Positions 1 through 9,739 of a stretch of DNA of 64,000 nt are shown piece after piece. The position numbers and the translations under genes were made by a program. How positions within the stretch are numbered: position 1 is the stretch's first letter; the number at the start of each line of letters is the position of its first letter. Where the stretch lies: assembly GCA_963728565.1 (NCBI GenBank), contig CAVSLC010000023.1, forward strand, positions 32,001 to 96,000, in the 5' to 3' direction. The notes beneath the pieces were generated by a model, which did no database searches, was not told the DNA's origin, and saw only the letters and a list, made by a program, of their open reading frames with translations. This DNA is from an uncultured delta proteobacterium (GTDB taxonomy: Bacteria; Desulfobacterota; Binatia; UBA9968).

Positions 1-1938
1 TGTTTCGCCTTTGACATTGTAAAAAAATGCGCCGAATTGCGCTCCGGAAATTTCGCGGCCGGCATCGATAACGATTCGGACGATCTTTTTCAGATCCAGC
101 TCCGCTGCCAGCGTGTTGCCGACACGGTTGATAATTTCCAGCGAGCGAGTCCGCTGCCGCAGCATTTCTTCCCGATGCCTGCTTTCGGTGATATCCATGC
201 ACACGCCCGCCAACTTCTCCGGGTGCCCGTCGGTGCCGTACGATAGACTGGCAAAGGCCTCGACCCAGCGAATCTGACCGTCCGGGTGTACGATGCGGTA
301 GGCGACGTCGTAGTCGCTGCGAGTTTCCAATGTCGTCTGAAGTTGGCCCAGAACAGAGGCAAGGTCTTCGGGGTGAATGGTTTTCTTGAAATCCTCAAAG
401 GTTCCGCCGAAGCCGCCCCGCTTCAGGCCGTGAATCACCTCTAAACTCGACGACCACGTGACCTTGCTCGCGCTTATGTTCCATTCCCAGGCGCCCATCT
501 GTCCGGCAGACAACGCCAGCTGAAGTCGGGCTTCACTTTCGCGCAGCGCGGCTTCGGCGCGCTGGCGCTCGACGAATTGACCTAATTGTGTGCCCAGATT
601 GGCGACCATCTCCTGAAACTCGTCGTCCCGTTCTCTAGTTTCGCGGCTGAAAAACTCCAGCACGCCAAGAACCTCGTTATCGAGTTTGATCGGAAAACCG
701 ACAGCTCCATGAAAGCCTACACTGACCGCTACCGGCGCTCGTGGAAAATTAAGGTCTTTCAATACATCGGTAATCCAAGCCGGTGTCGCACTTTTCCATA
801 CGCGTCCCGGCAAACCGATGCCGGGAGCGAACTTGATCTCACGGGTGACCGCTGCAAATCCCGATAAATCAATCGAAGGGAGGCACCACATATCGACGCA
901 AGTGAGTACGTTCGAATTTCGACCGACGAGCCATAATGCGCCAAAATCCCAGGCGGCGGTTTCACAGATGGCTTTGATGATCTGCGGCGCCGCGTCGGTC
1001 ATCGTCGCAGCTTCGGACAGTATGCGGCTCACCGCGTCTTTTATTCTCAGACGCTGTTCCAACCGCTGCTGTTGCGAGACCACCGAGGCGACAATGAGAG
1101 CTGTCATGCTGATCGTGGCGATAAACAGCTGTAGCAGAAATAGTGATTCGTGCGGCTCCGATTCCGCGAACGGGCCGAGATCCCGCAGCGTGCCCCAGAG
1201 CGCAATCCCGGATGTCACGAACGCCGCAGTGACCGCGCCCCTTCGGCCAAAGCGCAAGGCGGCCCAAAGTAGCGGGACGAGAGCAAAATATTCCAAGCCA
1301 GCGGGAACCGGATTTAAAAACAGCAGCGCCGACATCGAAATCACCGCCGTCAATAACCCTGCAGCCTCGAAGATATGCCCGGATCGGACAGGCAATACGG
1401 GTTGGGTCAGCCACATCAACAGCAGAGGAGTGATGATCAGATTTCCCACGGCATCGCCGAGCCACCATGTCAGCCAGACGGCCGAGAACTCGGGCCGCGC
1501 GATGAAGCCACCGAGATATAAAGTGATCGCGCCCATCGTCGCGCCGGCAGCAGTGCTGATGATGCCGGCGAGAAATATAAAGGTGAGAATATTTCTAGTG
1601 CGATTAAAGACATGGGCGCCCTGGGCAAAGCGAGCTACCAACGTCGCTGCCAGAAGCGCTTCGGCGGTATTGCCTAGGGCGATGCCGAGCGCCGTCCAGA
1701 TCGATCCTTGTGTGACGAAGTTTACAAGAAAAGCTCCCAGAAGAATGCCCGGCCAAAGTCTAAGCCCCCAGACGAGAATCGCTGCTAGCGCGATACCGCT
1801 GGATGGCCAGACCGCAGAAGCATTGGGATTAGTAAAAGCCAGGGATAAGCCGAAGATTCCGGCGCAAAAATAGACGATAGCGAGCGCGAGGATCGCAGCT
1901 ATCGCGCGTAACCTGCAGTTGAGATCGTTCTTAGGCAT
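1..1938 (-). CDS. MASE1-GAF-PAS-GAF sensor protein (probable histidine kinase), 3' end runs off the window
   Basis: Absent from the ORF track because there is no stop in the window. Manual translation from ATG 1938 gives a MASE1 membrane domain (SAVWPSSGIALAA...TWWLGDAVG), a GAF (PGIGLPGRVW...FPR), a PAS (MGAWEW...IHPED...YRIVHPDGQIRW) and the start of a second GAF (AELDLKKIV). Confidence 0.9.
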   Translation of the reverse strand, partial: MPKNDLNCRLRAIAAILALAIVYFCAGIFGLSLAFTNPNASAVWPSSGIALAAILVWGLRLWPGILLGAFLVNFVTQGSIWTALGIALGNTAEALLAATLVARFAQGAHVFNRTRNILTFIFLAGIISTAAGATMGAITLYLGGFIARPEFSAVWLTWWLGDAVGNLIITPLLLMWLTQPVLPVRSGHIFEAAGLLTAVISMSALLFLNPVPAGLEYFALVPLLWAALRFGRRGAVTAAFVTSGIALWGTLRDLGPFAESEPHESLFLLQLFIATISMTALIVASVVSQQQRLEQRLRIKDAVSRILSEAATMTDAAPQIIKAICETAAWDFGALWLVGRNSNVLTCVDMWCLPSIDLSGFAAVTREIKFAPGIGLPGRVWKSATPAWITDVLKDLNFPRAPVAVSVGFHGAVGFPIKLDNEVLGVLEFFSRETRERDDEFQEMVANLGTQLGQFVERQRAEAALRESEARLQLALSAGQMGAWEWNISASKVTWSSSLEVIHGLKRGGFGGTFEDFKKTIHPEDLASVLGQLQTTLETRSDYDVAYRIVHPDGQIRWVEAFASLSYGTDGHPEKLAGVCMDITESRHREEMLRQRTRSLEIINRVGNTLAAELDLKKIVRIVIDAGREISGAQFGAFFYNVKGET

Positions 1939-2292
1939 CAACGGATCTAATAGCTTCGGACCTGAGCCTGTGGGCGAACCTGCGCTTGCCTATGATAGCG
2001 GATCAGATAGCTTTAATGAACACCTCTTGTTGCAAATATTGTTAAGGCACCGGCCGGTGAATCATCATCGGCGCAAAGTCTGCCGGGAAATAAGTCATCG
2101 ATGCGTATCGGGCAGCGTTGATACATCTGATGGCTCAAGTTACATCTGCCGAACAGCAACGGATCAGATCGTTCGCCGGATTACGCGTGCTCTCGCGCCG
2201 CTGAGAGCGGGTTGATTTCCTAAGATGATTTGGATGCGGCTTGGGTCAATTATCCAGGTCGCCGCAATGGAATTGTGCTGCGCGGCGATAGT

Positions 2293-3219
2293 TTACGATG
2301 AGCGCAGCTGTAGGTGCATCAGTTCCAGCGCGGCACGGCCGGCCAGTCCATAAGGATTGCCGAACGTCTCTTGCATCTCGAAATGATTGAAGCCCTCGCC
2401 GACGATCAACTGCACAGGCTTGCCTGCAGCTTTCACCGCCGCGGCAAACTCGCGCCCCTGACGCTGGAACTCCGGTGTCTCCTGGGAGCCGTAGCCAACC
2501 GTGATCGGACAGTTTAGATATTCGAGATGTCGTTGAGAGCTGAGCGCCTCTTCGGTGAGGTCGTCGAATTTCACATATTTGCTACGTGCTGACAGCCGCA
2601 CCGGTTTTAAATCATACATGCCGCTGACACATAATCCCCCCTTGATAATGTCCGCCGGTAGATCGAAGTCCCGGCGCCAATCTGTCACCAGGATCACGCC
2701 GGTGAGATGCGCGCCCGAGGAGTGGCCAGCTACATAAAGACGGTTGCGATCGCCGCCGAAGGTTTCGGCGTTCCTGTAAACCCATGCCACAGCGCGTCGC
2801 ACCTGATCCGCCATCACCATAAGATTGCCGCCGACTTCGTGTACCGCGGCAAAGTCAAGCACGACGTAATGGGCTCCGGCGTTGATGAACACCTCGGCGG
2901 GGAAAGCAAAATCTTTTGCCGATCCGTTGCGCCAAGCGCCGCCGTGGGTAAAGACCATAATTGGCGCGTTAGGGCGCGACGTCCTGTAGACGTCGAGTTT
3001 TTCGATTTCACTCGGACCGTAGGAGAGACGTAGGGCCGGCGCAAGACGCTTGATTGCAGCTTCGCTTGCCAATCGGCGCCGCTTGGCGACTTGCTCCTGA
3101 TTAGGCGCATAGACGGATTGGTTGTACGCGTCATCGAGTTCTTTCTGGTCCATGTCGAGCCAGACCAGCGGGCCTTTGGTTTTTTGATTTGTTTGAGAGG
3201 CGGCAGAATCAACAGACAT
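2293..3219 (-). CDS. Alpha/beta hydrolase, arylformamidase/HSL-like
   Basis: HGGAW oxyanion motif, GHSSG nucleophile elbow and C-terminal NHF His. Start moved to ATG 3219, which follows a GGAGG RBS. Confidence 0.85.
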   Translation of the reverse strand: MSVDSAASQTNQKTKGPLVWLDMDQKELDDAYNQSVYAPNQEQVAKRRRLASEAAIKRLAPALRLSYGPSEIEKLDVYRTSRPNAPIMVFTHGGAWRNGSAKDFAFPAEVFINAGAHYVVLDFAAVHEVGGNLMVMADQVRRAVAWVYRNAETFGGDRNRLYVAGHSSGAHLTGVILVTDWRRDFDLPADIIKGGLCVSGMYDLKPVRLSARSKYVKFDDLTEEALSSQRHLEYLNCPITVGYGSQETPEFQRQGREFAAAVKAAGKPVQLIVGEGFNHFEMQETFGNPYGLAGRAALELMHLQLRSS

Positions 3220-3275
3220 GCTCAATCCTCCAATCGAAAGCTGGTGCTGTCGACCATAGGACAAATCTATCCGCT

Positions 3276-3308
3276 GTTCAAATAGTTCAAGCAGTTCAAA
3301 ACGTTCAA
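3276..3308 (+). repeat. GTTCAA array with 9-bp period (4 units)
   Basis: GTTCAA at 3276, 3285, 3294 and 3303. Confidence 0.85.
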
Positions 3309-3478
3309 GCAGTCGGACGGGCGATTGCAAGCGTGCGGCAGCCAAACGCGGATTCCCATACCGTCCTGTAATCACTCGCGGAAGCGCATCGGACATGCTG
3401 TCACGTTTACTGCGTGAACTTGCTTGAACAATTGCGCCGGCGCGCGGGCACAGCGGTTGACCCGTTGAACAAGCGCGT

Positions 3479-3835
3479 TCAGATGAATCGTTGCGCGCCG
3501 TCCTGCGGTCTTCGCCAGATTTTTCCGATGGCGAGACCGCCGAGAAAAACGGCGCCAATCATCGCTGCGTCCAACCCCGAGAAGTCCCCTGTGAGACTTG
3601 CTCCTTTGGGTGTCAGCGGACAAACCACTTGAGCCAGTTCAGCCGGCGCGATCTGGGTCATTCGCGGAATGTCTTTGATGCCGTAGATGCACATCTCGCC
3701 TGTGGGTAGAGAACAGAATCGTTCTACAGGGCACTGTTTGAGAATTTTTTGCGGCGCCCCTTTGCCGCAAGTGGCCCCAGCTTCTCGCAACACCTGCAAG
3801 GTCACGTCAGGATACTTGGTGATTTGCTCCGGCAT
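3479..3835 (-). CDS. Hypothetical Cys-rich protein with C-terminal membrane anchor
   Basis: GGAGG RBS, 118 aa, 5 Cys, C-terminal hydrophobic stretch followed by KIWRR. Confidence 0.7.
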   Translation of the reverse strand: MPEQITKYPDVTLQVLREAGATCGKGAPQKILKQCPVERFCSLPTGEMCIYGIKDIPRMTQIAPAELAQVVCPLTPKGASLTGDFSGLDAAMIGAVFLGGLAIGKIWRRPQDGAQRFI

Positions 3836-3857
3836 AAGAACCTCCGGGTTAAAAAAG

Positions 3858-3935
3858 GTTTCAGTCGCTCCAGTCGTTCAACACGCTCCAGTCGTTCAAG
3901 AAGTTCGCGCCGCTGAAATAGCTCAAATCCTTGAA
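3858..3935 (+). repeat. Degenerate GTTCAA/GCTCCA array with 9-bp period (about 9 units)
   Basis: Units start at 3858, 3867, 3876, 3885, 3894, 3903, 3912, 3921 and 3930; GCTCCAGTCGTTCAA occurs twice. Confidence 0.75.
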
Positions 3936-4167
3936 GCGCACCATCCATGATCACAAGCCTGCCCTGATCATATCACTCAGAATTGGATGTTGAGCAACGG
4001 CGGATCGAAAGTTTGTAGGTTGAAGATTGTTCACCGGGGTGTGGATTGTTGTTGAACAGAAAAAACACTGCGGCCGTCGTAGTTGAAGGACAAGAAAACC
4101 TTCTCAAGCTGAGGATCGGCGCTTCGCGGACTAAGCGACACCGTACCGTCCCATCGTTTCTGACGGT

Positions 4168-4200
4168 TTGAACGTTTTGAACGGCTTCAACGGTTTGAAC
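4168..4200 (-). repeat. Inverted (TTGAAC) array with 9-bp period (4 units)
   Basis: TTGAAC or TTCAAC at 4168, 4177, 4186 and 4195. Confidence 0.8.
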
Positions 4201-4216
4201 GGAGTCGCGCTTGCTC

Positions 4217-5563
4217 TTACGCGCCGAGCGCTTTTCTGAGTTGCAGAAACGATGCGATTTGATCTTGATAGATCGCGATCTGATTGTCCTGCGCTTGGTA
4301 GAGGCTGCGCTGAGTTTCCAGCAGGTTCAGATAGTCGATGGCGCCGGCATCGAAGCGCGCCTTAGCGATGTCGTAGGCCGCTTGTGACTCCTTCACGGAT
4401 TCGCGTGAAATCACGGCTTGCTCGTTAGCGTTCTTGTAGGCGGCGAGGGCGTCTTCGACTTCTTGAAATGCCACCAGCACGGTTTTCTGATATTGAGCCG
4501 CCAATTCTTTTTGCCGCGCGGTGACGTCTTCGAGATTCCCCGTAATACGGCCACCCGTGAAGATCGGCGCAAGCGCGCTGCTGGCCAGCGATACTGCCGC
4601 GGCCGCAGGCCCGCCGAATCCCGCCGCCATGCTGGCATCCAAACCAAAGTTCAAAGAGGGAAAGAAAGCCGCGCGAGCCGCGCCGATGTCGGCATTAGCC
4701 GCGCGCAGAGTTGCTTCGGCTCTCTCGATGTCGGGCCGCGCAGTAAGGAGCATTGCCGGCGGCGTCAGGTTTACGTCGGGGACTTTGAGCGAAGCGAGCG
4801 TATCCCGAGGTGCTTGGAGATTTTGCGGCGCCTGGCCCAGCAGTATGGCCAAAGCGTTAAGGCTCGTGCTGCGCTGTTGATTCAGCGAAGCCAGCGAAGC
4901 GCGGAAACTGTTCACGGCGACGCGCTGCTGTGAGACCTCCAAGCCGGAGACGCTGCCGGCCTTATAGCGGGCTTCGATAATCCGCAGCACTTCTTCGGCA
5001 TTTTTCAAATTGCTTTCAGCGATGCGGATGCGCTCGTTTAAGCTAAGCACTTGGCTGTAAAAGTCGGCCGTGTCCGAGGTGACCACAAGCTCGAGTGCGT
5101 CCCGGTCGAATGCCGTTGCCTCAGCCCGATAATTTGCGGCTGTTCTGTTGCTGCGATTTCTGCCCCACAGGTCGGCTTCATAGCTGATACTGCCGATTCC
5201 GCGTGCCGTGCTGACGTTTCTCGGGTCTTGAAAGCTGCGCGATGCGCCCCCGCTGGCTTCGATCTGAGGAAAGAGCGAGGAGCCGGCAATTTTGCTTTGC
5301 GCGCGCGCCTGATCGATACGATGCAGCGCGGCCTCGAGATCCAGATTCTGGGCCAGCGCCATTTTCATGATGTTGTTCAGTTCTTCGCTACCAAGCTCCT
5401 GCCAAAAAGCCACTGTCGCCGGCTGATCGGTGACGCCGACGCGGCCAACGTTGGTCCAGCTCGCCGGCATGGCGATCTGCGGACGTTGGTATTGCGGCGC
5501 CAAACTGCACGCCGAGAGAGCGAATGAAACCGCGAGTGCGCTTTTAAATCTAAGATTTTTCAT
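4217..5563 (-). CDS. Outer-membrane efflux lipoprotein, TolC/NodT family
   Basis: Lipobox LSAC after MKNLRF; motifs SYEADLWG, RPDIERAE, AAFFPS, FQEVEDAL; lies downstream of macAB. Confidence 0.92.
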   Translation of the reverse strand: MKNLRFKSALAVSFALSACSLAPQYQRPQIAMPASWTNVGRVGVTDQPATVAFWQELGSEELNNIMKMALAQNLDLEAALHRIDQARAQSKIAGSSLFPQIEASGGASRSFQDPRNVSTARGIGSISYEADLWGRNRSNRTAANYRAEATAFDRDALELVVTSDTADFYSQVLSLNERIRIAESNLKNAEEVLRIIEARYKAGSVSGLEVSQQRVAVNSFRASLASLNQQRSTSLNALAILLGQAPQNLQAPRDTLASLKVPDVNLTPPAMLLTARPDIERAEATLRAANADIGAARAAFFPSLNFGLDASMAAGFGGPAAAAVSLASSALAPIFTGGRITGNLEDVTARQKELAAQYQKTVLVAFQEVEDALAAYKNANEQAVISRESVKESQAAYDIAKARFDAGAIDYLNLLETQRSLYQAQDNQIAIYQDQIASFLQLRKALGA

Positions 5564-5568
5564 TTTAT

Positions 5569-7509
5569 TCACTCCGAAGCTAAAGCCACCACGGGGTCCA
5601 GCCGCGCCGCCTTGCGCGCCGGCAGGTAACCAAATACCAATCCGGTCGCCGAAGCGCAGGCGAAGGCCAGCAGCGCGGGCGTGATCGAGAAAATCACGCT
5701 CATGCCGCTGTAACGCAGAATCATGCCGGCAGCCACGCCGACGAGAATTCCCAATAAACCGCCGGCGGCGCAAACCACCGCCGCTTCGATGTTGAACTGC
5801 AGCAGAATGTCGCGCATGCGCGCGCCGGTAGCCATACGGATGCCGATTTCCCGGGTGCGCTCGACCACGCTGACCAGCATTATGTTCATAACTCCGATGC
5901 CGCCGACCAGCAGCGATATGGCCGCGACCGTTCCCAGGAGCAACGTGAAGGTATCCTGAGTCTCTATGGCCGCCTGAAGGTACGACGCCATGTTGCGCAC
6001 GCTGAAGTCTTCGGTTCGATGGCGCTCGCGCAACAGGTTTTCAACCCGCTCCTGGGTCGCGGCAATGTCGGCCGCGTCAGAGACTTTAATGGTGATGCTG
6101 CTCAAATAACTCTTGCCGAATAATCGCACCAAACCGGTGCTGATCGGCGTGAAGATAACGTCATCCTGATCGCTGCCGTTGGGAGATGCGCCTTTTTCGC
6201 TCATGACGCCGATCACGAGGAAGGGAACATTCTTCAGCAGAACGTAATTTCCCACGGCCTCAGCGCCATCCGGAAAGAGCGTTTTCGCCACTGTGCGACC
6301 GAGCACGACCACCGGCGCATACTGCTTCATATCGTCGGCGTTGAAGAACTGCCCTTCGGCGACCTGCCAGTCGCGAGCTTGTGGGAAATCCTCGCCGGTA
6401 CCTTGGACTGATGTTTGATAATCGCGGTTGCCGAAACGGACGGTCATGCGGCCGCTGCGCTCGGCCAAGGCGGTCTCGATATTCGGCAATGTTTTGATGG
6501 CGGCTGCGTCCTCTGGAATCAGGGTGACGATATCGCCGGCGTTACGGATACCCGCGGCGCCCGGACGAATCAGCATCAGATTGGTCCCGAATGAACTGAT
6601 GCGGTCGAGCACCTTTTGCCGGCTGCCTTCGCCAACGGCGAGCATCGCCACGACGGCGGCGACGCCGATGATAATGCCGAGCAAGGTCAACACGGTGCGA
6701 AAGAGATTGACCCGCAGCGAGCGCCAGGCGGTCACCAGAGCCTCCTGCATGCTCGCCGCCAGAGTGACGGCGCTCTTGAGATTGAGATCGGCGCCGTCGA
6801 CCGGCATCACCTCGGGTTTTCTGACAACTCCGCTGTCGTCGAGGATTCGACCATCTTGAATGCGCACGATGCGGCTGGCGTGCTGCGCCACGTTTTCAGC
6901 ATGAGTGATGAGAATGATTGTACGGCCTTCGACGTTCAACTCTTTGAGCAGCGACAAAACTTCATCGCCGCTCCTGCTATCGAGAGCTCCGGTGGGTTCG
7001 TCGGCGAGGATCACCGGCGGGTCGTTTACCAATGCTCGGGCGATGGCAACCCGTTGCTGCTGACCGCCCGATAGCTCCGCCGGCCGATGATCGGTGCGAT
7101 CGCCGAGTCCGAGCCGCTGCAGTAAGCCCTTAGCGCGCTGCGATCTCTTCTGTTTAGGCAATCCCGCGTAAACGGATGGAATCTCCACGTTCTCGGCGGC
7201 TGTGGCAGTCGCCAGCAAGTTATAACGTTGAAACACGAAGCCGAAGGTTTCACGCCGCAAAGCTGCCAGTTCGTCGGGCGACAGGTTGGCCGCCTCTTTA
7301 CCGAGCACCCGATAGCTACCGGAACTCGGCCGGTCGAGACAACCGATAATGTTCATCAAAGTTGACTTACCCGAGCCGGACTGGCCCATGATGGCGACAA
7401 ATTCGCCGCTATGGATTTTCAACGACACGCCGTCGAGGGCGCGAACGACGGTATCGCCGTTCTGATAATGTTTCTCGATGGCGGTTAAATCCAAAATGAC
7501 ATCATTCAT
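5569..7509 (-). CDS. macB: MacB-type ABC exporter (ATPase fused to permease)
   Basis: Walker [17 protein letters not shown] signature, ILADEPTG, and FtsX-like C-terminus ([18 protein letters not shown]). Start MNDVIL at 7509. Confidence 0.93.
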   Translation of the reverse strand: MNDVILDLTAIEKHYQNGDTVVRALDGVSLKIHSGEFVAIMGQSGSGKSTLMNIIGCLDRPSSGSYRVLGKEAANLSPDELAALRRETFGFVFQRYNLLATATAAENVEIPSVYAGLPKQKRSQRAKGLLQRLGLGDRTDHRPAELSGGQQQRVAIARALVNDPPVILADEPTGALDSRSGDEVLSLLKELNVEGRTIILITHAENVAQHASRIVRIQDGRILDDSGVVRKPEVMPVDGADLNLKSAVTLAASMQEALVTAWRSLRVNLFRTVLTLLGIIIGVAAVVAMLAVGEGSRQKVLDRISSFGTNLMLIRPGAAGIRNAGDIVTLIPEDAAAIKTLPNIETALAERSGRMTVRFGNRDYQTSVQGTGEDFPQARDWQVAEGQFFNADDMKQYAPVVVLGRTVAKTLFPDGAEAVGNYVLLKNVPFLVIGVMSEKGASPNGSDQDDVIFTPISTGLVRLFGKSYLSSITIKVSDAADIAATQERVENLLRERHRTEDFSVRNMASYLQAAIETQDTFTLLLGTVAAISLLVGGIGVMNIMLVSVVERTREIGIRMATGARMRDILLQFNIEAAVVCAAGGLLGILVGVAAGMILRYSGMSVIFSITPALLAFACASATGLVFGYLPARKAARLDPVVALASE

Positions 7510-7580
7510 AGCTGCGGCCCTGTTTGAAAATCGCGCATGTGACGCGAGCGCAAAAAGATTCCGGGAATCGCATCGTTCAT
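7506..7580 (-). CDS. 24-aa coupled mini-[27 protein letters not shown]
   Basis: Its start overlaps the stop of the upstream mini-ORF (ATGA) and its stop overlaps the macB start (ATGA). Confidence 0.45.
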   Translation of the reverse strand: MNDAIPGIFLRSRHMRDFQTGPQL

Positions 7581-7645
7581 AGCCTCGTTGAAGAATTGAG
7601 CGGGTGCCGCGATGGGCCAAAAAAAGCCAGAGTCGCGATGTTCAT
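7577..7645 (-). CDS. 22-aa coupled mini-ORF MNIATLAFFGPSRHPLNSSTRL
   Basis: Its start overlaps the macA stop (ATGA) and its stop overlaps the next mini-ORF start (ATGA). Confidence 0.45.
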   Translation of the reverse strand: MNIATLAFFGPSRHPLNSSTRL

Positions 7646-8862
7646 AGCTGCGGGCCCCGGTTCAGTCGAGGTGCACTGCTGCCAGCGCGCCCACGATTAT
7701 TCTGGGCCGTTGCGCTGCCCTGCCCTTGGGGACGGCTCACCAGGATACGTTCGCCTGGCTCCAGACCGGCGATGACTTCCGCCTGCGTGCGTGTCTGCAG
7801 ACCGACATGGATGATGCGTTGCTCGCGACCTTTCTCGGTAACGACGGTGACCCTGTACGCCTTGCCCGACTCATTGTCGTGCTCGGTGAGCCGGCGGGTC
7901 AGCACTTCGGCGGGAGCTATCGTGACATTCTCGGCTTTGCCAAAGATGAAAAACACCTGTGTCGTCATGCCGGTCATGAGCTGGCGGCCTTCGTTCTTGA
8001 CGTCGATCAAAACATCATAAAGCACGACTTCATTGACAATCTGTGGCGCGGGAAGAATCTGCCGAACCGTTCCCTGCCAACGATGTTCGGTATTCCCAAG
8101 GGTTGTGAAATAAACAGGCATGCCTTCCTTTAGCTTTGTGACATCCGCTTCGGCGACCTGCGCCCGCACGGTCATGGTGTCGAGGTTGGCGATCTGCAGA
8201 ATCGTCGGCGCGCTCTGGTTGGCATTTAAGGTCTGGCCTTCGCGCGCGGGTCGAGTCGTCACGGTTCCGGCCATGGGGGCGTAAATTTTGGTAAAGCTCA
8301 GATTGGTCTGATTGCCCTTGATGTTTGATTCGGTTTCCTGAATTTGTGCCTGAATCGAGGCGACCTGCGCTCGCGCGACGGCCGCTTCTGTTTCGGATTC
8401 CTGAAGGGCCTGCTGGCTGACGGCGTTGACGCCGAACAAATCGCGATTCCGGTTGAAGTTTTGCTCCGCCAAAGTCAGCTGAGCTTTCTGCTGATTGAGC
8501 TGAGCTCTCAGGCTGTTGAGCCGGGCTTGGTTGGCCTCGACTTGCGCCTGATACACCCGCGGATCGAGCTCGGCAAGCAGTTGACCTTGCTTCACCGTAT
8601 CGCCGATATCGACATGAAGTTTCTTGATCTGGCCGGACACCTGCGTGCCGACGTCAACATATTGCTTCGCTTCAAGTTTGCCTTGCGCCGTGACCACTTC
8701 CTGAATCGTCCCACGGGTAACCGTGATCGGTTGCTGAGCGTTTTGTTCCGGCTGGCGTGCCGCGCTGGCATACCAGTACCAGCCACCGGCGATGGACCCG
8801 GCTAGGGCAACTAAACTGACCAGCTTCTTGGGCCGCTGTTTGATCGCTTTCTTCCAATTCAT
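7642..8862 (-). CDS. macA: MacA-type periplasmic adaptor (membrane fusion protein)
   Basis: N-terminal TM, VDVGTQVSGQI, coiled-coil hairpin, IYAPMAGTV, VAEADV. Start MNWKK at 8862. Confidence 0.92.
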   Translation of the reverse strand: MNWKKAIKQRPKKLVSLVALAGSIAGGWYWYASAARQPEQNAQQPITVTRGTIQEVVTAQGKLEAKQYVDVGTQVSGQIKKLHVDIGDTVKQGQLLAELDPRVYQAQVEANQARLNSLRAQLNQQKAQLTLAEQNFNRNRDLFGVNAVSQQALQESETEAAVARAQVASIQAQIQETESNIKGNQTNLSFTKIYAPMAGTVTTRPAREGQTLNANQSAPTILQIANLDTMTVRAQVAEADVTKLKEGMPVYFTTLGNTEHRWQGTVRQILPAPQIVNEVVLYDVLIDVKNEGRQLMTGMTTQVFFIFGKAENVTIAPAEVLTRRLTEHDNESGKAYRVTVVTEKGREQRIIHVGLQTRTQAEVIAGLEPGERILVSRPQGQGSATAQNNRGRAGSSAPRLNRGPQL

Positions 8863-8930
8863 AGTGGCGTTGCCTTTCGTTGTCCTTATCGTGATACGAA
8901 TCAGGAACCCTTTGTCTCCGCCGTTCCGGC

Positions 8931-8961
8931 AAAAAAAAGCGCCGGTGAGACCAGCGCTTTT
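8931..8961 (-). terminator. Intrinsic terminator between the ECF trio and macA
   Basis: Minus strand reads AAAAGCGCTGG-TCTCA-CCGGCGC-TTTTTTTT. Confidence 0.75.
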
Positions 8962-8984
8962 GTGTCGATTCAAGTAAGGAACGG

Positions 8985-9419
8985 TCACCTGGGGGGCGGC
9001 GTTGGCCGTTTGAGCATCTCACCGACCGCGACGCGCTGCTCTGGCGGTAATCCTCTGACAAGCTCTTTGAGATCGTCAGAGGCACGTTGCGATATTTGCC
9101 CACGCAATTGGCTGATCTGGATTAGCTGCTTGTCGTATGCGGCTTCATCCAAAGGCTCAGCAACCAGAAGGTCGATCGCTTGATTGCGGGCCTGGCGCAT
9201 CTGCTCGCGCAAAGGATCATGACCGGCGCGAAGCTGAGCCATTTTGTCGCGAAATCGGCTGCGTGCCGGTTCGGGCAGTTTTTCGATTTCGGCGGTGAGC
9301 CGCTCTCGCCGTGAACTCTCCCGGCCGAATCCGGGACTCAACGTACCGAAGAAAATGCCCAGCAACAAAACATTCAATATTATCGAAACGATAAAGGCGC
9401 TTTTTAGTTTCGTGTTCAT
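8985..9419 (-). CDS. Periplasmic heavy-metal-sensor/Spy-CpxP-like helical protein
   Basis: N-terminal TM (SIILNVLLLG), helical body, LPPEQR motif; ATGA overlap with the anti-sigma gene. Confidence 0.8.
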   Translation of the reverse strand: MNTKLKSAFIVSIILNVLLLGIFFGTLSPGFGRESSRRERLTAEIEKLPEPARSRFRDKMAQLRAGHDPLREQMRQARNQAIDLLVAEPLDEAAYDKQLIQISQLRGQISQRASDDLKELVRGLPPEQRVAVGEMLKRPTPPPR

Positions 9420-9739
9420 AACAGTCCTTCGTCCGGATCGAGAAGACTAAGCGCCTGAACGGCGTCGACATTCTCGGGTGCGGTGTCCGACGGGACATTC
9501 AACCCGAGGACAAAACCCATCATCAACGTGCCCGCCAGGACATAGGCAGGATTCGGCAAATGCAGTTCGGCGAAGGTTTGCTTGATCCATTGCCCCAACG
9601 AAAATACCTGCGCCTGAGGCGTCATCTGCGCCTTTAAGATGATCCGCTGCGCAAGGTCCAAGCTTGCGGCCTGAACCCGGCGCGTTTTAAGCATCTCGTC
9701 GATTTTTTCGTCTGGGTGGGTAGCCATAGTAAACCTCAC
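9416..9739 (-). CDS. Putative single-TM anti-sigma factor
   Basis: Small protein with one TM, coupled to the ECF sigma gene by a GTGA overlap. Confidence 0.7.
   Translation of the reverse strand: MRFTMATHPDEKIDEMLKTRRVQAASLDLAQRIILKAQMTPQAQVFSLGQWIKQTFAELHLPNPAYVLAGTLMMGFVLGLNVPSDTAPENVDAVQALSLLDPDEGLL

Noticed and set aside
818-1873. 351-aa plus-strand ORF
   Set aside because: Antisense shadow of the MASE1 sensor gene on the minus strand; it has no recognisable motifs.
3276-4200. Possible CRISPR array
   Set aside because: Units are 6-bp cores at a 9-bp period with no 30-40 bp spacers, and there are no cas genes.
2293-8988. Long N-terminal extensions given in the ORF track for the hydrolase, TolC, MacB and MacA genes
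   Set aside because: They overlap neighbouring genes or terminators; downstream starts with an RBS, signal peptide or ATGA coupling fit better.
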